From Anthoceros angustus (lineage: Eukaryota; Plantae; Anthocerotophyta), in NCBI GenBank assembly GCA_010909165.1, contig VJWM01000025.1, positions 2,852,001-2,916,000 of the forward strand: 64,000 bases of DNA, given 5' to 3'. Shown piece after piece: positions 1-13,574 of the stretch. The translations under genes and the position numbers were made by a program. Each line of letters starts with the position of its first letter. Position 1 is the first letter of the stretch. Below the pieces are notes generated by a model, which was given only the letters and a program-made list of their open reading frames with translations, made no database searches and had not been told where the DNA came from.

Positions 1-1589
1 GTACTGCATCAAAATCTTCTCCCGGACAATCTCTCCCACAAAGAACTTCTCTGGATGCTCGCTTACAATGTCCTGACGGCATCTGTAAAGGTCATGTTCT
101 GCTATACACAGAGGGGGACTGGTTTGTACCCAGAAAGTGGACTCACTTTAGGATAATATGATGGCCCGTAAGGTAACTTGTTCACCAGCCACTCCCTCAC
201 TTCGTTGACTCCATGACCGTGCTTGGCACTGACAGCCAATACATGATCTGCTTTGCCAAAGTTTTCATACCACTGCCAACAGCAGGCACATAGCTCATTG
301 TCCTCCACATCTTTGGACTGCATTCTAGGATTGCATCTGACTTGTTTGCACGGTGGAAGTGTGACAAGCCAAAGAGTTGTGTCAAGCACATCAATACCTC
401 TACTCGTTTGGCCAGCTCCCCCGGCTTCACTAGATCCTTCTTATTTACTACAAGCAGTGTCGGCCTTCTCTCCAGAACCGATGCGGCACCTTCCTCGAAC
501 ATGCTGGCTACCTGTTTCCGGAGCACCAAGCCTTTACACTCACAGATTCGCCATATTTTTGCGCGGAATTCAGAACAGGAAAGGAAGCATTGCTGCTCTG
601 GGAGGCATTGGGCCACTTCATACCTCCTCCGGTAGTTTGCAAGCGTCAACGATGATCAAGACACAATCAGCGTTGAGAGTAGCAGTCCGCACATTTTGCA
701 TCATTAGCTCATCCAGTTTCTTCACCTTCTTGGAGATAACACCTGGCGTATCATACAATATCATCTGCACACGAATGCAGAAGGCCGTCCAGCAAAATTG
801 GGCATCACAAGCTCTCACCACAATAATCCACACCATTACCCAGGTGTGCAACATAACCCACCTGATACTGGGGACCGGAAGCAATACCAAGTATTCTGTG
901 CCGAGTCGTCTGTGGCTTACTTGTAACGATTGAAAGTTTCTGCCCAATCAGCTGATTCAAGAGCGTGCTCTTCCCAACGTTTGGCTTCCCGATCAGTGCA
1001 ACATATCCTGCACAAAGCAGAAACGGGAGTAGCAATGTGAGATGGCCATCTCTGTGTCAGCAAATTTCCAAATCCTCCGAGAACGGGATGCCAAGCAAGG
1101 CATTGCATTGCATTCGGAGCAACTCGCTTTTCCCACGAGAGTTTCCCAGAGTCCGAAATTTGGAAGCATACCACTCTTGTGATCAGGCTCCACTTTCAAA
1201 TCCCTGTAATCCGATTGCCCGAAGCTGGTACCAACATCCTCGTCCAGATAATCAGCTGACACATGCTTCCTCGACGGGCCTGCATCTTGCAAGTCCTCAA
1301 GCTTCCTGGCAGGCTTGTTGTTGAGGAGGAAGACGGGAGGAGGCTGCTTGGAAGATGCAGAGCTGGCTGTCACACACAGCCCCCTGCACTCCCTCGCTCT
1401 GTCTGCAGCATCAGCAACCTGATCCAGGAGGCTCCTTCCCGAAAAAGACACCATCCTCCCGCATTTGACAAAACCAGAGTAGCATGGCAAGCTGTCTACG
1501 GCGCCCACATGAGCACGCCTCCTAACCAGGCTAGTGTCCATCACTTCCATCCCTGCCCAGGCTCTGCATGCAGTGCCCATGTACGGCAC
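1..1589 (-). CDS. era: Era-family GTPase, multi-exon, 3' end beyond the left edge of the window
   Basis: Spliced exons give PDHKSG|[17 protein letters not shown] (G1), DTPG (G3), NKKD (G4), VSAKHGHGV (G5), YYPK|[24 protein letters not shown]. Long N-terminal extension, possibly a transit peptide. Start ATG uncertain (1589, 1550 or 1541). Confidence 0.93.
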
Positions 1590-2222
1590 TCCAACCTGGT
1601 GTTTCCGGGTGCCGTCCTCGCATATCGGTTAGTGAGCCATCCGGTCAAGACGAGGGCAGATTCTAAGAAACTGTCAGGCTTTTGCAACTAGGGTTCCCGG
1701 CCTTCGTTGTTCAAGATCATCTATGCCGCTGCTGCATCATAGGCTCACGTAGGCGCAGCCCTGTAGGATGCGCAACGAGCTTCAGCAGTGTGGGGTAATT
1801 CGCGAGCACAGAAGTGGGTGGGAGAAGCTAGCTTCCGGATCTGGAGCAGGGAGCGGATTCGTCCTTGCAAGATCTGCCAGGGCAGGAAGCCCGGTGGGTG
1901 TGCCTGGACGAAAGTGGCGAGCTGTGCCATGAAGAGAAGCGATTGGTGAAGGGCATGTCAGACCGGGGGTACAGCTGGACTTCTGCGCAGTGGGTTGGTT
2001 CCCCTTCGTATCCCATCAGGGACATCTCCTCGGGAACAGAGGATCAGTGGGGAGCTGCCTCTGGCAGATGCATGGGCCAGTGCGCTTTCCGCGGTAAGTG
2101 GACTGCTGGCCTGGCTGGCTGCTCTGCTTCTTGCAAGCTGGTGCACGATGCTGTTGTTTGAGCGGCGATTGCGTGCCTCACTTCGTGGATATGTGCTGGC
2201 AGCAGCGACTCCGAAGTCAGGA

Positions 2223-4381
2223 ATGGCAGAGCCTGGGCGGGGACCGCTGGGTGATTCGTTTGTCACGCCTCCGCCGTCTACGTCGGAGCGATTCTCCTTT
2301 CTCAGGGTTGAGGGCGGGAGCCAGGGAGGCTTTGTGCTGCCGACGAGGTTCAACGAGCAAGGAGTGCTGGAGCCCGTGCTGACGGAGGCTCAGAGGGCCA
2401 ACTGCGAAGCTGCGCTGAAGCTGCTGCTGGACAAGACTCGGGACGCGGAAGGAAGGAAGAGGCTGCTGTCGGAATTCCAGGCTTTGCAGGTACCCTTTGA
2501 TGTGGGCTTGTTGCAATGTCAGTGTCCTTAGGTTTCCAAGTTTGCGTGCGCAGCTGGGGCCAGCTTTTGAGTTTCCGGCTGTGGGCTGTGATCCGAGATT
2601 CCAGTGATTTATGCACATTTGGGATTGATTACACTATAGGAGCCCTTTCCGTACCTGGAGGAAAATCGACATCCAGGTCATCAGATGATGTTGGGGGATT
2701 GGATGGCAGCATGCGCAATGCTGCTACTATATCAGATCTGCTGATTTGGTGGGCAATTGTCGATGAGCTGCCGTAAGAGTCTCCCGCAGATTGGGTTTTT
2801 TCCAATGCGCTGCACTGGTGCAGCTCTGTGACGTACGTCTTGTTGTGCTTGCCAGTCAGATGTTCAAGCGTTGGGGAAAGCTTACTCTGTGGCAGAGCAG
2901 AGTGCGAACGAGAAGAAGAACCGATACATGAATGTTCTTCCCTGTATCCTTTATGTCACTTGTGGCGGTCAGGCTGGTTGGACAGATGGATGTGTCGTCG
3001 GTTACTTCTCAAAGGATTCAGGATGCAGTCGCCCTTGACTACGTATTCCTCGATCCAGTTGACGACTCCAGGGTTGTACTTGTGAAACAAGGAGGGCTGT
3101 CTTCTTCTTCCTCTGCCAATTACATCAATGCTTCTCATGTAGTGGTGAGTGCAGTATCAGAATCTGCAGAGCTGATCTAGTCATACAAGAATGCAGCAGG
3201 TCACAGCTTTTGCTATTTTAGCCGGTCATCGTCAACTTCAGGTTTCTGCTCTGCAGGACGATGCCGTGGACGGATTACCCAGGTACATCGCCACCCAGGC
3301 CCCTCTGAAGGCAACTGTGCAGGATTTTTGGGAAATGGTGTTTCAACAGCACAGTCCAGCGATCATTATGATATCGCGGCATGAAGATGACCACAGAGTA
3401 TGCGAATCTCATCTACACACCTTGGTTGCAGCAAACGTATACGGTCATAGTGCATGCCTTTCCATTCAATCTCACGGTTTTCGTGACGACTGCAGGAGAC
3501 ACAAGCTCTCTACTTTCCTCTTAATGTTGGTGAGTCGGCAGTTTTTGGACGCATTCGGGTGACGAACAGAAGTGTTGAACGATGCACAAATCCCATTACA
3601 CTTCGGACATACGATTTACAAGATACTTCGGTAAGCTCAAGATTGTCTTTTACTTGTCCATTCTGTTACTTGTTCCGGAGTGACTTACTAGCCTACACCT
3701 AATTCTAAACCGCGGTATGTAACGCCAATGCTGACTAGCTTGCTCTCTTTTGCTGTTTAAGAATCTCGAGCTACCTTTTTCGGTTGTGCACTTTGAATAC
3801 CTGGCTTGGCCAGATCATGGTGTACCCCGCTCCACAGGCCCAGTGCGGGAAATCCTAAGAAACTTATACCAATTTCCAAAAGATGCTGGTCCCTTTGTAG
3901 TGCACTGCAGGTGAGTTGCTCTGTGGAAAATCTATCAAGTGACATTCCTATGTGCGATTCTGCATATCTTTAACTGCCGTCTGCTTGATGAGTTGCAGTG
4001 CTGGCATAGGAAGGACTGGCACCTTCATCGTGATTAGCAGTACAGTAAATCGAATTCTGAATGGTGATCTCACTGCAGTTGACATTCAAAACACAGTTGC
4101 CCAGTTCAGGAATTTTCGTGCAGGGCTGGTGCAGACGTCAGTAAGTACAGCTTTCCCCACTCCCGGTTGTCGGGTTCTCCTTTTGCACAGCCTGGTCTAT
4201 GAGGTAAACTTTGGTGGGCTCCTGATTGCAGGAGCAATACCGTTTCATCTATCAGGCGGTCATTGATGAACTTCAGGATCTGGCCAGCAAGCACTGCCAA
4301 AATCTGGCAAGTCAAGGCCCGTTCCCGGCGCCGTATCGTGTTCCCTGGTCCGGGGAACAGAACCCCAGCCATGGGCTTTAA
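2223..4381 (+). CDS. PTP1: Classical tyrosine-specific protein phosphatase, PTP1-like, multi-exon
   Basis: Exons encode KNRYMNVLP, NYINASHV, YIATQAPL..TVQDFWEMV, the WPDHGVP loop, catalytic VHC|SAGIGRTG and the LVQT|EQYRFIY Q-loop. GT-AG introns; TAA at 4379-4381. Start at MAEPGRG inferred; the ORF is open upstream to 1995. Confidence 0.93.
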
Positions 4382-5736
4382 TATGTGTCTTGCTGCAATA
4401 TATTCTATTTGTTTATTTGCTCCTACGGGGCTTGACGTTTCCATTCAGAGGATCAGTACAAAGGTGAACTAATAAGTATGTTGGTACTATTCCTGTCCGC
4501 CCAGTCCCTCGGACTCGTAGGGTAGCCCGGCCGGTAGTCCGACAATTTTCACCTTGAAATGATGCAGGCAGCCTGGAAACGTAACCTTTCTGTTATAGAT
4601 GTACGATTCTCTCAAACGAGGCGGGGTATTTAGACCAAATTACACATTTACAGGAAAAACAAATTCTAATTTGCTGATGCTGATGCTGATGGAAGCATGT
4701 CTGCAAGGAGTGTGATGGCCAGCCTTGTGGACATTAGGCTGGCCTATGGCCTCTTGGGAGTTGCGTGGGTTGCTGTGGGAACTGAAATCTGTGCTGTTTC
4801 TGCTATATAAGCAACATTTCCAATTTTGTTATACAAGGCTGAAGGCAGCTTTGCCTTCTCACGTTTTCTCCTAGAGTTTTTTTGCTGAGGCACGACTGTA
4901 TTGCAAGATGCTGCTGATATGAAAAGCTAACAATCCCTTCTTTGTGTTTCTATGTGCCCATGCTAATCTACTTGCTGCTTAGGTTTCCTAGCATAATACT
5001 TGGAACCTTCTTCATCCTATACATGCTTGGCTAATTGCCCTGTCATTTGCATTTGAACGTGCTACACCCTGTACACATTTGATTGTATCTTTGCCACAGC
5101 CCCATCATTGAACGTCCTTGAGGGGGAGGGGGGGTGGACGCATCCACACATGGACTCTCCATGTGCAAAAACACTGTCCCGTGGTATATGTCGGTGCGCC
5201 ACGAGGACACTCTCCATTGGCCGATTCAAGGCGGGCCTGGTTACTCTGCTGGTCCAGATTTTGAGAAACTGGGTCTTGACTAGGCTGAGGCACGTGGCCG
5301 TGTGCATTCGTCGCGGACGCACCAGGACATTGCCCATCTCTTTCATGGTTCCCAGTTTGGATTTCTGCATAGAAGCGGCTATGGCATTTTGGATGCATTC
5401 TCTACTCGATTCTACCATGCAATCGATGTCCATTTTTTTTTAAGTTTTGGATGGGAGGAGGCGACGGACCATGGTGCACAAGACAAGCAATTTTTTGGTG
5501 CATGACTTACCCGAAATTAGTCTGATCATCGTGCAAACAACTCAATTTGAGTCGTTCCATCGTTGAGGGATTAAAAAGCCACGAAACAACAAGACTCAAT
5601 TTTCTTTACTTTGCCCATGTGAAAGATGAAGTGACTAACAAAATCTCTAGGTCCAGTCACAGAGACACAAGCTTCCACACCGAGACTTTCATACAAGGTG
5701 CCTTTGCGGCGAGTTTAATGGTGATCGGGTGCCACA

Positions 5737-5882
5737 CATGTTACCCGACCACAATAGGATCCACTAAAAAGAACATGGAACAAACACAAAGCTCAACCGG
5801 GTTTCGCCCCACATAACGACAAGGAATGCAATCAATGCATTGCTTGTCGTACTCCAAACCTCAGTCTGGGTCGGGTTACATG
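5737..5882. repeat. Small foldback element with 14-bp imperfect terminal inverted repeats and an internal hairpin
   Basis: CATGTTACCCGACC (5737-5750) versus GGTCGGGTTACATG (5869-5882), 13/14 complementary. Internal stems ACGACAAG/CTTGTCGT and AATGCA/TGCATT at 5816-5850. No clear target-site duplication. Confidence 0.45.
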
Positions 5883-5962
5883 GGGAAATGGCCCTTAGGG
5901 TTTAGGGTTTAACAGCCAGCCTGGCTTTAACAACCCCGGAGGTCGTTGTGTCCTAAGTTTTA

Positions 5963-7107
5963 TGTGCTGACATGTACAGAAGTCTAAATTAATTCTTGAA
6001 CCTATGTCCTCAGCTTGGGCCATCAAGAACGTAATAGCAAGTTAGCTACAGTCTTGTCTTGTCCCACATAATTAGACCCTGAAGTAGCATGAGCTTCCTA
6101 AATCAGAGCTTGAACTTACTTTCAAATAAACTTTGCCGATATTTGTGGGGGCATTTATAGGTGGAATTACATGGGAGATGGCTCATTGGATATGCAATGG
6201 TGAGGGGAATGAGTGATTATTGTGTCAAAAAGTAATTACAAAGAGTGCCCTATGTTTTCACCTAAAATGATAAGAACCCTCTAACTATGCAATTTGGACG
6301 TAGGTACTTTGGGGTTAAACCCCTATTCTAAACTGAATAAAATGCTTACAACGGATAGGGAGTCCTCCCCTAAAATTAAATGCACTGCTGATCGGCAGAG
6401 TGGTCAGCCAACTGGCAATAAGAACACAGTGGTTGAGCACCTCGGACTCGGATAGGGCCTTAGATGGGGTGCTTACGTTCTCGACATTCTCATTTTGTTT
6501 CCTATCTCCTAGAACCCGGCATCTCTCCCGCCTACATTATAGTTTATTTCAATCTCCGAGAACCCGCGCCTCAACCGTCCCGATTCGCTCCGTTCTCTCA
6601 CTTCCTTCCCAAATTCTCAAATACTCCCCCACACAAGCTGCTCTTACCACACCCTCTCATAGGCCACACAGACCTCTCTACCCTGGGCCACACAGACCCC
6701 TTTTCCTCGGGCCACACAGACCCCTTTTCCTCGCTTCATAGAATAAAACACGATCCAGATAAAAGCGGTTTGAGAAGAATAGGAAGGAACAGCTGGTCGG
6801 TACCCGGGCGATTCGCTCAGTCGTGATCTTTTCCAACCCCCTTCCAGCATGCACAGGGCGCCCTTACCGCTGGTCGCTCCAGACGTGGAGCTTGGCCACT
6901 CCGCTCTCGACCACCCATGGATCTTCCCGGCCTTCTTGTGACGGGAAGGCGATGTTCCGAATCAGTCCGTGGGTGATCAGACGTCTCCAATCGACCTCGC
7001 GCGCAGATTCGACACACGGAAGCTCACACCTGAAATTGTCTATCAAGAGAGACACAAAAGGGTCTCTTATACATCCAGTTGCGGATCATCACAGCTCACT
7101 CCTCTCC
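5963..7107 (-). mobile_element. Probable 3' LTR plus polypurine tract of an LTR retrotransposon
   Basis: On the minus strand the purine tract GGAGAGGAGTGAGC (7094-7107) is followed directly by TGTGATGA (7093). TATA-like CCTATAAATG near 6155-6163. Left terminus tentative (TGTGCTGA at 5963). No second LTR copy found. Confidence 0.4.
6662..6732. repeat. About 23-bp tandem repeat, 3 copies
   Basis: Repeated unit GGCCACACAGACCCCTTTTCCTC read directly. Confidence 0.8.
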
Positions 7108-7236
7108 AATGTCTAAAAAAAATATGGCTAACCACCACGAGCGCTCCTACCAATTTAGGTAACTACGGCTCCATAGGTCCTTAAAACACCCTATTCCCTA
7201 ATCCAGGAAAAGACCCCTGACCTATGATACCGCTTT

Positions 7237-10200
7237 CCTCTAAAATCAACGCGGCCGCCTCCGCGGTTGCTGCCTAGCCCTGCGGCCCATGGGGGTTCCC
7301 CTCGCTCTCGTGCCACGCCTCTGATCCGAACGATTCTCCCCCAAAACTTCCACCTCACTTTCGCTGCCTGCGGTTCCTTCGCGTCTTCCAGAGGGCGTCG
7401 TTCGTCTATTGCCCCTATGCCTGTTATCCCGCTCCTCCTCGCTGGACAGCCACACCGTGCGCTCCTCCCTCCACGCTCTGGCCTCCGCCTCGCTCATCTC
7501 CTCAAGCACCACTTGCGGGGGGTAGGCCCCCGCTCCCGTTCGAAGGAACCACTGGTAGACGCCCGTGGCAGTTAAGATGTGCAGCCAGTAGTTTCTGCCC
7601 CCTCCTGTCCCAACAACCACATACACGTTCGGTGAGCACCCGCTCACCTTGCGGCTGTGGACATGAGCATCCTCATCCGACGCCGCACAACACGCTTCCG
7701 CCACAGAGGTCCTTACCCTTCCGCCTGTGGACAATCTCGACGGCTCCCACCGAATTCAGGAGTTGTATCCCCACATGCGCGCTCTGCGGTGGCTTCCCCA
7801 CCTCGCCCCTTCCACGACGGTGGCCGGTTTAGCCACCATGGTAGTTGCTTCCCCAACGGTGGTTGCTTCACCATCGGTGGGCTGCACTCTTCTGGTTTGC
7901 CTCTCTCTTGACTCTAGCCCTAGCATCATCTCTCTCCCGCTTATATCTCTCCGCCAGTTTCTTGAATTTCTCCAGAGGCGCCATCGTCTCCACCTGCTCT
8001 TGGACCCGCGAAACCTCATTCTGGAGCTCCTCAATCATAGCGTGTGCTCCTTTTACTTGATTCACTAGGGCTTCCTGTTGGGTGGACATGGCCCTCAGCT
8101 GCTCCTGTGCCTTGCACAATGCCTCCTCGCTCTCCCGTCTGCGATCCTCTGCCACCTTGTTCTCGCCCTCCAAGCCCTCTAACTTTTCCTTGAGCAACTT
8201 CTCTTGTTGCCCCTGCACACTCAGCCAAGTGAGAGCCATGGCCGCCTGGTCGAGAAGATCCGCCTGGTCTAAGCCATGGCGAGGTCGTCAGATTCCCAAA
8301 TTAAAATGTTCATGCCCATTCCCTTCCACAACAATTCCCGTACGCGGGCGGTGTCACTCGCCTCCGCTACAACTCGACAGATCAATGAAATATCTCCAAA
8401 AATGCCCTTGAGTTCCGGCGCGAGCCTTGCTGCCGAAATTAACCCTTCCTCCCCTGGGGGTTGGTCTGCAGCTACTCCCTCATTCGTACCAAACTCTCCC
8501 AGCAGTTGCGTCCCATCCTCCACACCAGAAAGGGGAACAACCTTTCGTTTACCTTTTGCTTTCCCCTCCTTCACCCGCGGCCCTGCTGCCGTCTTCGACC
8601 TGGTGATCCTAGGTGTAGTTGTGGGTTCCTCCTCCACTGCGCGTCTTTTCTTTTGGCCGATCCCGTTTGGGCCTCCCTTGAAATTTGCGCCGCATCTTGG
8701 TGTGGTCTTCTCCCGCTCCGAATCACGCCCGCCTCGCCACTAGGGTTGTGATCTCCCCCTGGTCTGTACGTCCGATTTCGAACCTGGTATATTCCCATGC
8801 AAGTAGCGCGATGCCGGTGGAACATGTACTCGCCTGCCAGCTGTCCGTGGAACCTACCAAACTTACAACTTCGTGGACGCAGTGTACGGAGGGTGGAACC
8901 CAAAGCCACTTGTAGAGTTGATTCCCAGCATCTAGCTAGTAGGACCTACATTATCCCTCTTCTATCATTGTAATCATCCTAGAAGCCCCACCTACACAGG
9001 CAAGGTTAGACGGGGAACAATACAAGGAACGAACAAATGGAATAAGACTTGCTAGTTGCCGCGTCTTTGAGCTCGTTTAAAATGGCCGCCCTAGAGACAA
9101 GTGTTGAAAGGATTCTCATCATCAACTTGTGGGCGCGTGATTTAAGAACCGCCTCAAACTGAAGGCACTCATGAAGTGGTAATCCCAAATTGATGGGGCT
9201 AAGATGAGCCCGGAATTGCTCCTGAGCTAGAGAGCAATGCTGCGGCTAATGAGTTGACCGCAAGAATGCCTCCTCCATAGCGATAAAGCGCACCCTTGGT
9301 GTGGGCTTTTCCATAGCCAATAACCTATTAGCGGTCTAACACCTTCACAGTGGTGCCTAAGTAAAACGCTTTGAAAACCACTAGAAGGTTCCTTGGGAGT
9401 AAAGTGGTCATAGACCGTCATGCAGACCACATGAAGAAAGTCACGGAGCTTGGGCAAAACCGCCCTATCCAAAGCAGCGTGCAGGCCTCCCACCACTAGG
9501 CCAAATACTCCTGCGGACTAAGTACCTTCCAAGACGGCCTCTTATGACCTTTAGTCGTCGACTTGTCATCCACACTTTGCACCTTCCAGACGGCCTCCCA
9601 ATCGTCAACTAGCGTGCCGGCCTCCCACCTCTAAAATCAACGCGCCCCCATGTTGCTTAGCCTCCGGCCCATGGGGTTCCCCTTGCTCTCGTGCCACGCC
9701 TCTGATCCGAACGATTCTCCCCCAAAACTTCCACCTCACTTTCCCTGCGGTTCCTTCTGCCTTAGGGCTGCTCGCTCTATAGCCCCCATGCATTATCCCG
9801 CTCCTCCTCGCTGGGCGGCCATAGGTTGCCGCGCTCCTCCCTCACGCTCGGCCTCCGCCTCGCTCATCTCCTCAAGCACCACTTGCGGGGGGTAGGCCCC
9901 CGCTCCCGTTCGAAAGAATCACTGGTAGACGCCCGTGGCAGTTAAGATGTGCAGCCAGTAGTTTCTGCCCCCTCCTGTCCCAACAACCACATACACGTTC
10001 AGAGTGAGCACCCGCTCACCTTGCAGGCAGAAGCCAGGGACATGAGCATCCTCATCCAGACGCCGCAGCACAATACGCCCTTCTGCTACAGAGGTCCTTA
10101 CCCTTTCCGCCCGTGGACAATCCTGGACTGGCTCCCACCGGAATTCCAGGGGAGTTGTATCCCCACATGCAGCGCTCCTGTCGGTGGCTTCCCCCACCTC

Positions 10201-12084
10201 AGTTCCCCCTTCCACGACGGTGGCCGGTTTAGCCACCATGGTAGTTGCTTCCCCCACGGTGGTTGCTTCAGCTACTGCGGTGGCTGTTGCTCTGCACTTC
10301 TTCGGTTTGCCCGCCTCTCTCTTGACTCTAGCCCTAGCATCATCTCTCTCCCGCTTATATCTCTCCGCCAGTTTCTTGAATTTCTCCAGAGGCGCCATCG
10401 TCTCCACCTGCTCTTGGACCCGCGAAACCTCATTCTGGAGCTCCTCAATCATAGCGTGTGCTCCTTTTACTTGATTCACTAGGGCTTCTGTTGGGTGGAC
10501 ATGGCCTCACCGCCTCCCATGCCTTGCACAATGCCTCCTCGCACTCCCGTCTGCGATCCTCTGCCACCTTGTTCTCGCCCTCCAAGCCCTCTAACTTTTC
10601 CTTGAGCAACTTCTCTTGTTGCCCCTGCACACTCAGCCAAGTGAGAGCCATGGCCGCCTGGTCGAGAAGATCCGCCTGGGTCTAAGCCATGGCAGAGGTC
10701 AGAGCCTGCAGATTCCCAAATTGGGCTGTTCCCGTGCCCATTCCCTTCCACAACAATTCCGTCGGGCGGTGTCACTCGCCTCCGCTACAACTCGACAGAT
10801 CAATGAAATATCTCCAAAAATGCCCTTGAGTTCCTAGCCTTGCTGCGAAATTAACCCTTCCTCCCACAGGGTTGGTGCTACTCCCTCATTCGTACCAAAC
10901 TCTCCCAGCAGTTGCGTCCCATCCTCCACACCAGAAAGGGGAACAACCTTTCGTTTACCTTTTGCTTTCCCCTCCTTCACCATGCCCTGCCGCTGCCTTC
11001 GACTGTGATCCTAGGTGTAGTTGTGGGTTCCTCCTCCACTGCGGCTGTTCTTTTCTTTTTGGCCGATCCCCGTTTGGCCGTCCTCCCCTTGAAATTTGCG
11101 GCCGCACGATGCTGGGTGTGGTCTTCTCGATTGCGCTCCATCGATCACGCCTCGCTCGCCACTAGGGTTGTGATCTCCCAGTACGTACGTCCGAACTGGT
11201 ATATTCCATGCAAGTAGCGCGATGGGTGGAACATGTACTACCGCCAAATCAGTGGAACCTACCAAACTTACAACCGTGGGACGATTAATGGAGGTGGAAC
11301 CCAAAGCCACTTGTAGAGTTGATTCCCAGCATCTAGCTAGTAGGACCTACATTATCCCTCTTCTATCATTGTAATCATCCTAGAAGCCCCACCTACACAG
11401 GCAAGGTTAGACGGGGAACAATACAAGGAACGAACAAATGGAATAAGACTTGCTAGTTGCCCGCCCGCGTCTTTGAGCTCGTTTAAAATGGCCGCCCTAG
11501 AGACAGTGTTGAAAGGATTCTCATCATCAACTTGTGGCGCACGTGATTTAAGAACTGCCTCAAAACTGAAGGCTACTGACTCACAGCCCCTTGAAGTGGT
11601 AATCCCAAATTGATGGGGGCTAAGATGAGCCTGGAATTGCTCCCAGAGCTAGAGAGCAATGCTGCGGCTAATGAGTTGACTGCAAGAATGCCTCCTCCAT
11701 AGCGATAAAGCGCACCCTTGGTGTGGGCTTTTCCATAGCCAATAACCTATTAGCGGTCTAACACCTTCGCCACAGCCGTTGCCTAAGTAAAACGCTTTGA
11801 AAAACCACTAGAAGGTTCCTTGGGAGTAAAGTGGTCATAGACCGTCACCGACAGACCACATGAAGAAAGTCACGGAGCTTGGGCAAAAACTGCCCTATCC
11901 AAACAGCGTGCCCGAGGGCCTCCCACCACTAGACGGCCGAAATACTCTGTCTGGACTAAGTACCTTCCAAGACGGCCTCTGTTATGACCTTTTAGTCGTC
12001 TGACTTGTCATCCACACTTTGCACCTTCCAGGACGGCCTCCCAATCCGTCAACTAGCGTGCCTGACGGCCTCCCACCTCTAAAA
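7237..12084. repeat. Tandem duplication of a 2.4-kb unit (7237-9627 and 9628-12075)
   Basis: Copies align end to end. The 9-mer CCTCTAAAA occurs at 7237, 9628 and 12076. Differences are mostly small indels in patches. Confidence 0.93.
7246..8637 (-). pseudogene. Frameshifted transposon-associated ORF encoding a coiled-coil protein (copy A; copy B at about 9640-11060)
   Basis: Consecutive ORF pieces 8269-8637, 7868-8239, 7756-8034 and 7246-7734 join into one frame (…EKLEGLEGENKVAEDRRRESEEALCKAQEQL…GRNYWLHILTATGVYQWFLRTG…). Lies just upstream of the polypurine tract and LTR. No gag or pol motifs. Confidence 0.5.
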
Positions 12085-13574
12085 GGACGAAATACTCTAG
12101 GCCGTCATTGGATTGCCCAATGTCGGGGGCAGACCAACCTTCCTCGGCAGACCAACCTTCCTCGTCAGTCTTCGGGGGTCTTGAGCTAATATTTACCTCC
12201 GTCTACTCCATCCTCAACACCCATACTTTGTGCACTTGCACATACACTACAAGGAGGAGCTACCTTTTACAAATGGGTCTAAGTTTAGTTAGAGGAAACT
12301 ACAACACTCTTACTACAGCTCAAAGCCCTGTTGTAAGTTTTTCGAACATTTACAATAAGGGTTCCTAACTAATATGATGTGGCAAATATGATGTGGCACG
12401 GATTTTACAACAGAGGTTTGTTGACATGGCATGTTGGCACGGATTTTACAACGGGGGTTTGTTGACATGGCATGCTTGTCGTACATGACGTTGTTAATTG
12501 TGCATAAACTCTTTTTGATTTAGGAAATTAGGGGGATTATTTTTTAATAAAACTACATTTTGTTGAATATATAATGACGTGGCATGTTGTTTGTAAAGGA
12601 TGTTGTAAATGGTACTTGTAAAAGTTGTTGTAAACCATGTTTGGGTTGTGAATTAATTGTGCAAAATAGCGTTTGTGTAGAAAGGGGTTTCTCCTGAAAC
12701 CCCTTTTTGCACACGGACGTGGCCGGACCCCTTTTTGCACTTGAAAAAATCCGCACTATAATCAGCCTTTCTGGTATTTCGTATATGTCACCCGCAACCT
12801 TTTGAATAATTGTTTTGATACGCGTTATTTGAGATTGTAAATTGCAAGTAAGTGGCAAAAACCTAAAGTCCCATTCTCGTTCGGCTTTTTCTTTCAAAGT
12901 GGACACAAAATTCGTGCGCAAACTTATGCGCGCACTTAGATCTGAACAGTCTCCAACACCTGGCAATCATTGCCAGGTATTGGACGTATACAACGTTTAG
13001 ATTTTTTAGGGCTTGCTATAATTCTAGTTAGCACCAACCTTTCATTCATACCAGTCAATCCTAAGACTATACTCTCGCTCTGGGAATTTTACAGGACTTT
13101 GTTTCTTAGACATTGGGACAATAATATCTTCGTTGACCTGATGCTCTTGATCCGCGTGCAATGCAAGAATGAGAGTGGCATGGTCTGCACTTGGAGCTGG
13201 GACCACGCCAAACGTCTCAAGATTCAAAAGATGCAAAAGGTTCTCACTACTAGTTCAAAGTTTTAACCACTAGAAAAAAAATGAGGGCTAAGTAAAGATA
13301 AGAACATATCCATATTAGGGAGCTGCACAAAAAAGGTTGAAAACGTCGAAAGGAACCCTTTAAAACAAAAAAAATATCAAAAAAAACACCAAAACTTCAA
13401 AAAAATATCGAAATTTTAGAGCAAGTGTGCGCACTTGCCTCAAAAAATTGGATTTTTTTAGGGGTTTTTTTAGACTTTTTGCTCTTTTTTTCTTTGGATG
13501 AACCGTCTGGGAATGCACTAGGAGGCATGAACCATATGGGTTCATGCTCCTAGGCCCTTCTTGACCTTGGGTGT

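Noticed and set aside
1745-2222. Separate small genes between Era and PTP1
   Set aside because: Short overlapping ORFs without recognisable motifs in a GC-rich promoter/UTR region.
5100-5505. Possible RT-like fragment (…HLFHGSQFGFLHRS…)
   Set aside because: Resemblance is limited to a QFGF-like word with no other RT motifs; cannot be supported.
5892-5910. Interstitial telomere repeat (TTAGGGTTTAGGGTTT)
   Set aside because: Only about two units; such telo-boxes are common in plant LTRs and promoters.
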